A stretch of 32,000 bases of DNA from the NCBI GenBank assembly GCA_019056805.1, contig DXJG01000002.1, positions 517 to 32,516 on the forward strand. The letters are read 5' to 3'. The translations under genes and the position numbers were made by a program. Source of the stretch: Candidatus Baldrarchaeota archaeon. GTDB lineage: Archaea > Asgardarchaeota > Baldrarchaeia > Baldrarchaeales > DXJG01. The notes under the pieces are model-generated. The model searched no databases and was not told where the DNA came from. It saw nothing but the letters and a program-made list of their open reading frames with translations. Positions 1 to 7,949 of this stretch are shown here, in pieces. The stretch's first letter is position 1. Every line of letters starts with the position of its first letter.

Positions 1-34
1 TTAAAAAAGAGAAACGGGTATTTATTATAAGTCA

Positions 35-146
35 GGGCCTGTAGCTCAGCATGGTAGAGCAGCGGGCTTTTAGCTTAAGCTAAAAGCTTTGATCATAGAT
101 GAAAGAAACCCGTTGGTCGAGGGTTCAAATCCCTCCGGCCCCACCA
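35..146 (+). tRNA. tRNA-Lys(UUU) with 35-nt intron at 37/38 (73-107)
   Basis: Cloverleaf GGGCCTG..GCTC..GAGC..GCGGG-CT-TTT-A/A-CCCGT..GAGGG-TTCAAAT-CCCTC..ACCA; BHB central helix CTTT:AAAG is perfect; CCA encoded; C4:C69 mismatch in acceptor stem. Confidence 0.95.
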
Positions 147-335
147 CTAAATTACAACTATTTTTAACAATTTATCATTTTAATTGGAATGAAATACTGC
201 TAAATTCCTAATCGCTAACAATTTTCTGCAAAAATTAGTTAACAACTATACATCGACCTTTCAAAATTTAATATTTTGATCTTTTTAAAGAAAATTAGAG
301 TTAAAAAGAGTATAGGTGATTTCCAATTTTAACAT

Positions 336-495
336 TTAGAGCTTATAGGATATCACTATCATTCTTCTACTCTCTAAATCAAATTCATTAAAATCATAGT
401 CACCGTATACCGCATATGGTTCTAATTCCACGCTTTTAAGAATATTAACAATTTCTGAGTAAGTTTAAACACCTGATTTGTGAAGACCATTTCAT
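336..495 (-). pseudogene. Probable frameshifted 3' remnant of a class I SAM-dependent methyltransferase
   Basis: 336-464 translates to TYSEIVNILKSVELEPYAVYGDYDFNEFDLESRRMIVISYKL*, resembling the ...VYGDYD...S.RMI..K tail of methyltransferases; removing one base at 465 joins it to MKWSSQIRCL from ATG 495; no N-terminal SAM motif remains. Confidence 0.45.
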
Positions 496-512
496 TAATA
501 TAGCATCTCGTT

Positions 513-1604
513 TTAGGCATCTTTTATAAGATTCTGAGCTATTTTTTTAATCCCTAACCCGGAATCGGAGGGAAGAGATCTCATATCTCTACTTATAGTG
601 ACACCTCCTTCAACCACAATGTTGTCTTTCAAGAGAAGATCGGAATCTAAGTCAATGTATTTAATTAAATCAATTGCTGCAGCAAAATGTGCCGCACCAG
701 TTATACCTAATGTGCTTTCTCCCATACAACCAATCATAAGTTCAATGTCAGCTGCCTCTGCTATATTTGCTATTTTTAAAGCCTTATTAATTCCCCCACA
801 CTTCATCAATTTGATATTTATAATATCTGCAGCCTTACTTTTCACAAGTCTTAAAGCATCAACAGGACTATGAACAGATTCATCGGCAGCAATAGGTGTA
901 TCGACATTTTCTCTAACAAAAGCCATACCGTCGAGATCCCACCAAGGAACTGGTTGCTCCACCAATTCAATACCATATTTTTCAATTTTCTTAATTGTTT
1001 TTACCGCTTGTTTAGGAGTCCAACCCTGATTAGCATCAACCCTAATTATAATCTTATCACCAACAGCATCCCTTACTGCTTTAACCCTTTCAACATCTTC
1101 TAGAGGATCTGTACCAACCTTAATTTTCAAGGTTCTAAAACCACGATCAACAAATTCTATAGCAGATTTAGCCATTTCTTTCGGAGATTTTATTCCAATG
1201 GTTATATCAGTTACTATGATATTTTTAGAACTTCCCAGCAGTTTACATAATGGTAAATTAAAATTTTTTCCTAATATATCGTAAAGAGCCATATCTACAG
1301 CAGCCTTTGCACTACTATGCCCTTGAAGATTCTTATCAATTTCCTTCAAAATATCATTCACACAAATAGGGTCCTTCCCAACTAGTACAGGTTTAAGATA
1401 ATTTTTCACAGCATATATAGTGGATTCAACGGTCTCACCCGTAATTCTTCTACTAGGAGAAGCTTCACCCCACCCTACAATACCCTCATCTGTCAAAATT
1501 CTAACAACAACATTCCTACTAATAGTTGAGGTACCCAAAGCAATTGTAAAAGGCTCAAAATATTCCAATTCAGCTACAAAAACCTTAACATCCACAATTC
1601 TCAT
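513..1604 (-). CDS. Dipeptide epimerase (L-Ala-D/L-Glu epimerase family, enolase superfamily)
   Basis: KIKVG (KxK), DAN, EQP, ADES, NIKLMK and DLD motifs; GGTGA SD precedes ATG 1604, so start moved from 1640. Confidence 0.9.
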   Translation of the reverse strand: MRIVDVKVFVAELEYFEPFTIALGTSTISRNVVVRILTDEGIVGWGEASPSRRITGETVESTIYAVKNYLKPVLVGKDPICVNDILKEIDKNLQGHSSAKAAVDMALYDILGKNFNLPLCKLLGSSKNIIVTDITIGIKSPKEMAKSAIEFVDRGFRTLKIKVGTDPLEDVERVKAVRDAVGDKIIIRVDANQGWTPKQAVKTIKKIEKYGIELVEQPVPWWDLDGMAFVRENVDTPIAADESVHSPVDALRLVKSKAADIINIKLMKCGGINKALKIANIAEAADIELMIGCMGESTLGITGAAHFAAAIDLIKYIDLDSDLLLKDNIVVEGGVTISRDMRSLPSDSGLGIKKIAQNLIKDA

Positions 1605-1858
1605 ACTATCACCAACTAAACCATTTTCACATAATCTCAATTCATTATCTATTCATAAACCAATAAAAAACATTTTATAAAAATTAAATCGGGTAATGTC
1701 TACACCTTTCTCCAATATTTGAAAAATAAAATAACCACAGCACAATATCTAACTCTTTATAAGAAACTTAAATATAGCAGCAACCTTAAGTAAGAATTAG
1801 TAATAACAATTTTTAATGATACCAATATATTATTATTAGCTAGTTAAGTGTCAAAGGT

Positions 1859-2020
1859 GCCGGGGTGGCTCAGACTGGTTAGAGCGCCGGACCAAATTTA
1901 ATTATCGGGGCGAAACTCATAGGGTACGAGAACTAGTCCCTTCCTGAGACATCCGGAGGTCCCGGGTTCGAATTTCCCAGAAGTTCAAGTCTGGGTGCGA
2001 AAATCCCGGCCCCGGCACCA
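1859..2020 (+). tRNA. Elongator tRNA-Met(CAU) with three introns: 30/31 (1891-1914), 37/38 (1922-1950), 59/60 (1973-2003)
   Basis: Removing 24+29+31 nt gives a 78-nt cloverleaf GCCGGGG..CCGGA-CT-CAT-AA-TCCGG..CCGGG-TTCGAAT-CCCGG-CCCCGGC-ACCA; each intron has a 4-bp BHB central helix (CGCC:GGCG, CTCA:TGAG, TTCG:CGAA). Confidence 0.93.
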
Positions 2021-2256
2021 CCCATTCATTATTTTAAAATGTTTCCTCACACATTTCTTATATAAAGCTACAAAATGTATTCAACTACAGTATATACTCG
2101 ATATTCTCCTCTAACTAATTTCAAACTACTAATCTCCCTCTGTATGTATCATGCTATTCAAGAAAACAAAATTTATTTAAAAAAACATTTAAAGTGAACA
2201 TATCCTCAATTCGCATTCTAAAATTAGTGGAAGCATTCCGTCAGAGGGGTTGAAGG

Positions 2257-3486
2257 TTGCAAGAATTCGATTTTCTGACTCTTGATGATGTTGAAGTATC
2301 AGGGAAAAAACTGCTTCTCAGAGTTGACATAAATTCCCCCATAGACCCAGAAACACTCACAATACTGGACGATTCGAGAATAAAAGCCATACTTACCACG
2401 CTTAAAGATTTAGAAGAAGCAGCAGTAGTTCTAATCTCCCACCAAAGCAGACCAGGGAAAAAGGACTTCACCTCTCTTGAACCCCATGCACTCATTTTAA
2501 GGAAATATCTAGGCGACCGAGTAAAGTTCATAGATGACATTTTTGGTCCAGCAGCAAGAAAAGCAATAAGAAAACTTTCACCAGGAGAAATTCTAGTTCT
2601 AGAAAACGTAAGATTCTATTCAGAAGAAAACATTGAAGCACCACCAAAAACCCTAGCAAAAACACACCTTGTCAGAAAACTAGCGCACTTCTTCGATATG
2701 TTTGTGAATGATGCTTTCGCAGCTATACATAGATCCCAACCATCACTCGTAGGATTCGCAGAAGTACTCCCAACCGTTGCGGGGAGACTTATGGAAAAAG
2801 AACTCAAAGCACTAGAAAAGGTACTACAAAACCCAGAAAAACCCTGCGTATTCTTCTTAGGAGGAGCAAAAGTACCAGACAAAATGGAAATAATGCTAAC
2901 CGCTATTCAAAAAAGAAAAGCCGATAAAATACTCTTAGGCGGATTACTCGCAAACGTATTCCTAGAAGCAGCAGGGTACAACATTGGAGAAGAAAACAAA
3001 AAACCACTACCAGACTTTGAAAAACTAAAAATCAAAGCAAAAGAAATACTAGAAAAATACAAAGATGTAATAGAACTACCAAAAGACGTAGCAGTAGAAA
3101 TAAACAACGAAAGAATAGAAGTTCCAGTAGACCAACTACCAATAAAAGGACAAATAAAAGACATAGGAATAAACACAATCATACACTACTCAAAAATATT
3201 ATCAAATGCAGCAACAATAGTAGCAAACGGACCAGCAGGAATATTCGAAGAAAGACAATACGCCATAGGAACAACAGAAATCCTATACTCAATAGCAAAC
3301 TCAAATGCCTACAAAATAATAGGAGGAGGCCACCTAGGAGCCATCGCAAACATACTAAACTTAAACACAAAAATCAACCATATAAGCACAGGCGGAGGAG
3401 CAGCTCTATCACTACTAGCAGGAAAAAAACTACCAGTAATAGAAGCACTAAAAAAGGCAGCCAAAAAACATAAAACACCTCACTAA
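2257..3486 (+). CDS. pgk: Phosphoglycerate kinase
   Basis: LLRVDINSP, SHQSRP, LENVRF, NDAFAAIHR, GGAKV, NGPAGIFE, GGGH and STGGGA motifs; TTG start. Confidence 0.97.
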   Translation: MQEFDFLTLDDVEVSGKKLLLRVDINSPIDPETLTILDDSRIKAILTTLKDLEEAAVVLISHQSRPGKKDFTSLEPHALILRKYLGDRVKFIDDIFGPAARKAIRKLSPGEILVLENVRFYSEENIEAPPKTLAKTHLVRKLAHFFDMFVNDAFAAIHRSQPSLVGFAEVLPTVAGRLMEKELKALEKVLQNPEKPCVFFLGGAKVPDKMEIMLTAIQKRKADKILLGGLLANVFLEAAGYNIGEENKKPLPDFEKLKIKAKEILEKYKDVIELPKDVAVEINNERIEVPVDQLPIKGQIKDIGINTIIHYSKILSNAATIVANGPAGIFEERQYAIGTTEILYSIANSNAYKIIGGGHLGAIANILNLNTKINHISTGGGAALSLLAGKKLPVIEALKKAAKKHKTPH

Positions 3487-3568
3487 CAAACAAACCCAAC
3501 GACACCTATATATACACCTAAACAATACAAAAACTTAAAACTCATAAAAACAAACGAAACAACAAAAA

Positions 3569-3693
3569 GCCGCCGTAGCTCAGCCGGTAGAGGAAATAAA
3601 CCCGCCAAAAGCGGCGGACTTGTAACTACTATGAACATATAAAAGTAGCAAGAAATCCGCTGGTCGCGGGTTCAAATCCCGCCGGCGGCTCCA
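3569..3693 (+). tRNA. tRNA-Thr(UGU) with introns at 22/23 (3591-3609) and 37/38 (3625-3654)
   Basis: GCCGCCG acceptor, GCGGA-CT-TGT-A/A-TCCGC anticodon arm, GCGGG-TTCAAAT-CCCGC, TCCA end; 37/38 BHB is perfect; 22/23 BHB is relaxed (one C:A). Confidence 0.93.
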
Positions 3694-3961
3694 CTTCATA
3701 CCAAAATCATTTTCATTTTAACATACAGCAAGATTACGTGAAATTAAAAAAATAGTTCCTCTAATATTTTCTCCCTTTCCTCAATTTTTTACAAATATTT
3801 TTCTGTTTTCTGTTTAAATGAATTTCAAAAACTTAATAAACGATTTAGATGAGAAATTCTTAACCGAAATATATAGTATATCCTTTTTATAGTTAAAATT
3901 CCTTAAACCTAGGAAAATTATTTAAAGTGGATAATATTCACCTTTATGCAGTTATAGTCAA

Positions 3962-4099
3962 GGGGCCGTGGTCTAGTGGTATGCGGGTTTAATCCGCTTA
4001 CCGGGGAACTTGGTATGATGCTGGGTTTGGGACCCAGTGGACTAGCAGAGAAAACTCTGCTAGGCTGAATCCCGGGTTCAAATCCCGGCGGCCCCACCA
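3962..4099 (+). tRNA. tRNA-Pro(UGG) with introns at 15/16 (3977-4008) and 46/47 (4041-4069)
   Basis: GGGGCCG/CGGCCCC acceptor, CTGGG-TT-TGG-GA-CCCAG uninterrupted anticodon arm; both inserts fold as hairpins with BHB-like junctions; CCA encoded. Confidence 0.92.
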
Positions 4100-4218
4100 T
4101 ATATCATCGTGAAAATAGCCTATAACACCAGCAATAAATTTATAGCTTGAAAAAATAAAAAATAGATAGATTTAGAGTTTAAACTTCAAAGTCGCAATTC
4201 AAATGTAATTACTAACCT

Positions 4219-4359
4219 GCGGGGGTGGCCGAGACCGCCAAGATACCTTCTTTAATGGCGGTGGGAACCAGGACAAAGGGGCTGGATCCGTTTAAAGGCG
4301 CAGGACTTAAGATCCTGTGGCGCAGGCCTGCGTGGGTTCAAATCCCACCCCCCGCACCA
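4219..4359 (+). tRNA. tRNA-Leu(UAA) with two D-arm introns at 15/16 (4234-4267) and 21/22 (4277-4295)
   Basis: GCGGGGG/CCCCCGC acceptor, CAGGA-CT-TAA-GA-TCCTG, long variable arm GGC-GCAG-GCC; BHB-like helices GCCG:TGGG (G:G mismatch) and GGAC:GTTT. Confidence 0.92.
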
Positions 4360-4409
4360 ACTTAAAGTTAAAACAACTTTGTTCTACTTTTAATTATACA
4401 ATTCTTAAT

Positions 4410-4429
4410 TATGTCAAGGATATGTCAAG
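4410..4429 (+). promoter_or_regulatory. Candidate operator: TATGTCAAG direct repeat with 11-bp period upstream of mce operon
   Basis: TATGTCAAG at 4410-4418 and 4421-4429. Confidence 0.35.
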
Positions 4430-4496
4430 TAATTGCTTTATTTTGAATGGAACCTATATGTTATCTTAATTAATATAAGGTTGTGGAGGTTGTGAC

Positions 4497-4892
4497 GTGA
4501 CATTACTTGACCATATAGGAATAGCTGTGAAGGATCTTGATGCTGCTGTGAAACTCTTTACAGAGATTATTGGATTAAAACTCGAAGGCTATGAAACCGT
4601 GAAAGAACAAGAAGTAAAAATTGCTTTTTTATCTGCTAAAAACACAGAAGTAGAATTAATCACACCGCTGAGCAATGAAAGTCCAGTAGCAAAATTTCTA
4701 GAAAAAAGAGGCGAAGGGCTTCATCATCTTGCATTTCGTGTCAAAAATCTTTCGGATATGCTAAGACGACTGAAATCTGAAAGATTACAATTAATAGATA
4801 AAGAGCCACGTAAAGGAGCAAGGGGTAGAAAAATTGCTTTCATTCATCCAAAGAGTACACATGGAGTTTTATTGGAGCTATGCGAAGAATAA
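4497..4892 (+). CDS. mce: Methylmalonyl-CoA epimerase
   Basis: DHIGIAV, VELI.P, FLEKRGEGLHHLAF, AFIHPKSTHGVLLEL motifs; GTG start after GGAGG. Confidence 0.95.
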   Translation: MTLLDHIGIAVKDLDAAVKLFTEIIGLKLEGYETVKEQEVKIAFLSAKNTEVELITPLSNESPVAKFLEKRGEGLHHLAFRVKNLSDMLRRLKSERLQLIDKEPRKGARGRKIAFIHPKSTHGVLLELCEE

Positions 4893-4951
4893 CAGAGATT
4901 TTGCGTAAGATATTAAAGTAATGGAGACTAAAATTTTTATGGTGTTGGGAG

Positions 4952-6094
4952 ATGGAGTTTAAATTAACACCTGAACAAGAAATGTTACGAGATACCGCGC
5001 GTGAGTTTGCAGAGAAAGAAGTAGAACCCAGAGTCGAAGAAATAGAAAAGACAAGGAAAATACCGGAAGACCTGATTAAGAGACTATTTGAGCTAGGATT
5101 TGGTGGCATTATAATCCCTGAAGAATATGAAGGTTCTGCTGCCGGCCATTTAGCAAGAGCAATAATTTTAGAGGAAATTGCCTACTCATGCCCCGCACTT
5201 GCATTTACCCTACAGATAGTTCATCTTGGACAAGCCCCCCTGATTTTTCACGGAACGAAAGAACAAAAAGAGAAATGGCTTCCTGATTTGGCAAAAGGAA
5301 AACTAATTGCATCGTGTGCCGTAACCGAGCCAACAGGCGGATCTGATGTCATGGGAATAAAAACATTCGCTAAAAAAGAAAATAATGAATATGTAATTAC
5401 TGGCCGTAAATGCTTCATTACAAATGTCCATCTTGCAAATATTCACGGAGTTTTAGCGAAAAGCGGAGAAGACCCAAGACATATGACATTCTTCATGATA
5501 GAAGGCGATAGACCTGGAGTGAAACCGGGAAGGGAGGAAAACAAGGTAGGTCTCCATGGCTGTAACACGGGAGAACTTATACTTGACAATGTAAGAGTAC
5601 CTGTTGAAAATGTTATAGGGGTAGAAGGAAAAGGACTCAGAGTTGCACTCACCGCCATTACCAACGTGGGACGAATGGGAGTCGCTGCAACTGGAGTAGG
5701 AATAATAAGACGCTGCCTAGATGAAGCAGTAAAATTTGCAAATCAAAGAGTTCTTTACGGTCAACCCATAAGCAGACTCCAAGCTATCCAATGGCTTATC
5801 TCAGACATATACCTACGATATGAAACCGCTCGTCTACTTCTTCACAGAGCGGCATGGATGATAGATCAAGGCATAAGAGCAGATGCAGAAGTTGGAATGG
5901 TAAAATTAACAGCTACAGAAGGAGCAGCTGAATGCGCAAGCAAATTATCCAGCATACTTGGAGCCTACGGAATAATGGAAGAATACGCGGCACAAAGACT
6001 ACTTAGAGACGCATATTCACTAATCCCCGCAGCCGGAACAAACGAAATTATGAGAATTGTAATTTCCAGAAAAGCTTTCGAAAGAGCAACCTAA
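4952..6094 (+). CDS. Acyl-CoA dehydrogenase-fold flavoprotein, atypical active site
   Basis: VTEP.GGSD, GRKCFITN, K.GL.G..TGEL, R.LYGQPI, GAYG and GTNEI motifs; IYEGT is replaced by PAAGT. Confidence 0.9.
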   Translation: MEFKLTPEQEMLRDTAREFAEKEVEPRVEEIEKTRKIPEDLIKRLFELGFGGIIIPEEYEGSAAGHLARAIILEEIAYSCPALAFTLQIVHLGQAPLIFHGTKEQKEKWLPDLAKGKLIASCAVTEPTGGSDVMGIKTFAKKENNEYVITGRKCFITNVHLANIHGVLAKSGEDPRHMTFFMIEGDRPGVKPGREENKVGLHGCNTGELILDNVRVPVENVIGVEGKGLRVALTAITNVGRMGVAATGVGIIRRCLDEAVKFANQRVLYGQPISRLQAIQWLISDIYLRYETARLLLHRAAWMIDQGIRADAEVGMVKLTATEGAAECASKLSSILGAYGIMEEYAAQRLLRDAYSLIPAAGTNEIMRIVISRKAFERAT

Positions 6095-6121
6095 ACACCT
6101 TTCTTTTTTAATGGTGATGTA

Positions 6122-6928
6122 ATGACCGAAGAATTACAAATTATAGTTTGCATAAAGCAGGTTCCAGATCCCCATTATCTCTCCAAAATTACAATAGATC
6201 CAGTTACAAAAACGATAAGAAGAGAAGGAATACCTGCTGTAATGAATCCATTAGACAGAAACGCTTTAGAAGAAGCTTTACGAATAAAGGAACAACTAGG
6301 GGGAAGAGTCGTAGCAATAAGTATGGGGCCTCCTCAAGCGGAAAGAGTTTGCAGAGATGCTCTGGCAATGGGAGTTGATGAAGCAATTCTCTTAAGTGAT
6401 AGGGTACTTGCGGGATCTGATACACTAGCAACCGCTTATGCTCTCTCAATGGCAATAAAGAAGTTAGGAAGCTTTGATATAGTCTTTTGTGGAAATGAAA
6501 CAGTTGATGGAAGTACGGCCCAAGTTCCACCACAACTCGCCGAATTTTTAAAAGTCCCTCATATAACACGAGTAAGAAAAATCCTATCCATTAATAGAAA
6601 TGAACTAATTGTTGAAAGAACAATCGAATATGGTTACATGAAACTAAGAGTCAAATTACCAGCAGTGATAGCAGTAACAAAAGAAATAAATGAACCTAGA
6701 CTACCCACAGTCTCCGCTATTCTAAAATGTTATCGAAAAGAAATCAAAAAATGGACTGTTTCTGACATAGGAGTTAACCCTAGACAGGTGGGTCTCGAAG
6801 GATCACCAACAAGAGTTATCGACGTCTTTTCTCCAGAAGTTAAAAGAAAAAGGAAAATATTCGAAGGAACTACTGACGAAGCTGTCGAATGGATAATTGA
6901 AAAACTACATGAAGCAGGCATAATATGA
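6122..6928 (+). CDS. etfB: Electron transfer flavoprotein beta subunit
   Basis: IIVCIKQVPD, MNPLD.NALEEAL, SMGP, LSDR..AGSDTLATA, NEPRLP, GL.GSPT motifs. Confidence 0.93.
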   Translation: MTEELQIIVCIKQVPDPHYLSKITIDPVTKTIRREGIPAVMNPLDRNALEEALRIKEQLGGRVVAISMGPPQAERVCRDALAMGVDEAILLSDRVLAGSDTLATAYALSMAIKKLGSFDIVFCGNETVDGSTAQVPPQLAEFLKVPHITRVRKILSINRNELIVERTIEYGYMKLRVKLPAVIAVTKEINEPRLPTVSAILKCYRKEIKKWTVSDIGVNPRQVGLEGSPTRVIDVFSPEVKRKRKIFEGTTDEAVEWIIEKLHEAGII

Positions 6929-6938
6929 GGTGAATCAC

Positions 6939-7949
6939 ATGCCTAAAGAATGGAAAGGAATAATGACGTTCACCGAACAAAGATTTGGACAAATAGAAGA
7001 AGTTAGCCTTGAACTACTTGGTGGAGCACGCACACTGGCCGAAAAAACAGGTGGAGACGTTTCTACCTTTCTCATCGGACATAATATTAAGAACCTAGCA
7101 AAAGAATTAATCGCATACGGAGCTGATAAAGTATTTGTAGCAGATCATCCATCTCTTACCTATTATCAAAGCGATGCATGTACCAAAATTTTCACAAATC
7201 TCATACATGAACAAAAACCAGACATCGTTCTCATAGGAGCAACATCCATAGGCATGGATCTAGCTCCCCGAGTCGCAGCAAAACTTCAAACAGGACTCTC
7301 TGCACATGTTGTAAAACTTGAAATAGGACCCGACGGAATCCTCAGACAAATAGTCCCAGGTTTTGGTGGAAATGTGATGGCAGTAGTAACATGTCCAGAA
7401 AAACGACCTCAAATGGCCACAGTACGGCCCGGAATTCTCAAAAAAATTGCAAAAGATGAATCGCGACAAGGTGAAATCATAGAACTTGACGTAAAAATAA
7501 GCGAAGAAGAACTTAAAGCAAAAACCCTAGAAATGAAAATAGAACCACCTCCAGAGTTACCAATTGAAAAAGCAGAAATCGTCATTGCAGGAGGATGGGG
7601 TATCTGTGACAAAGAATGTTTCAATATGTTAAAAGAACTTGCAAAACTATTAGGAGGAGCAGTAGGCGGAACTCGCCCAGTCCTAGATGAAGATCTAATA
7701 AAAGAAGATCAAATGATAGGTCAAAGCGGAAAAATCATAGCACCAAAAGTTTACATAGGATTCGGAATCTCAGGAGAAATGCACCACGTAGTCGGTATAT
7801 TAGACTCCGATACAATAATAGCAATAAATATAGACTCTAAAGCTCCCATCTTCGACTTTGTAGACTACGGAGTAATAGGAGATGCAAAAGAAATTCTACC
7901 ACGACTAATTAAAAAACTTAAAGAAAAATTAGAAAGAAAACAATGTTAA
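6939..7949 (+). CDS. etfA: Electron transfer flavoprotein alpha subunit
   Basis: [55 protein letters not shown] motifs; GAGGTGA SD before ATG 6939. Confidence 0.93.
   Translation: MPKEWKGIMTFTEQRFGQIEEVSLELLGGARTLAEKTGGDVSTFLIGHNIKNLAKELIAYGADKVFVADHPSLTYYQSDACTKIFTNLIHEQKPDIVLIGATSIGMDLAPRVAAKLQTGLSAHVVKLEIGPDGILRQIVPGFGGNVMAVVTCPEKRPQMATVRPGILKKIAKDESRQGEIIELDVKISEEELKAKTLEMKIEPPPELPIEKAEIVIAGGWGICDKECFNMLKELAKLLGGAVGGTRPVLDEDLIKEDQMIGQSGKIIAPKVYIGFGISGEMHHVVGILDSDTIIAINIDSKAPIFDFVDYGVIGDAKEILPRLIKKLKEKLERKQC

Noticed and set aside
6487-6540. EtfB motif CGNETVDGSTAQVPP deviates from G(R/K)QAIDGDTAQVGP
   Set aside because: Might bear on bifurcation, but I cannot assign bifurcating versus canonical ETF reliably by eye
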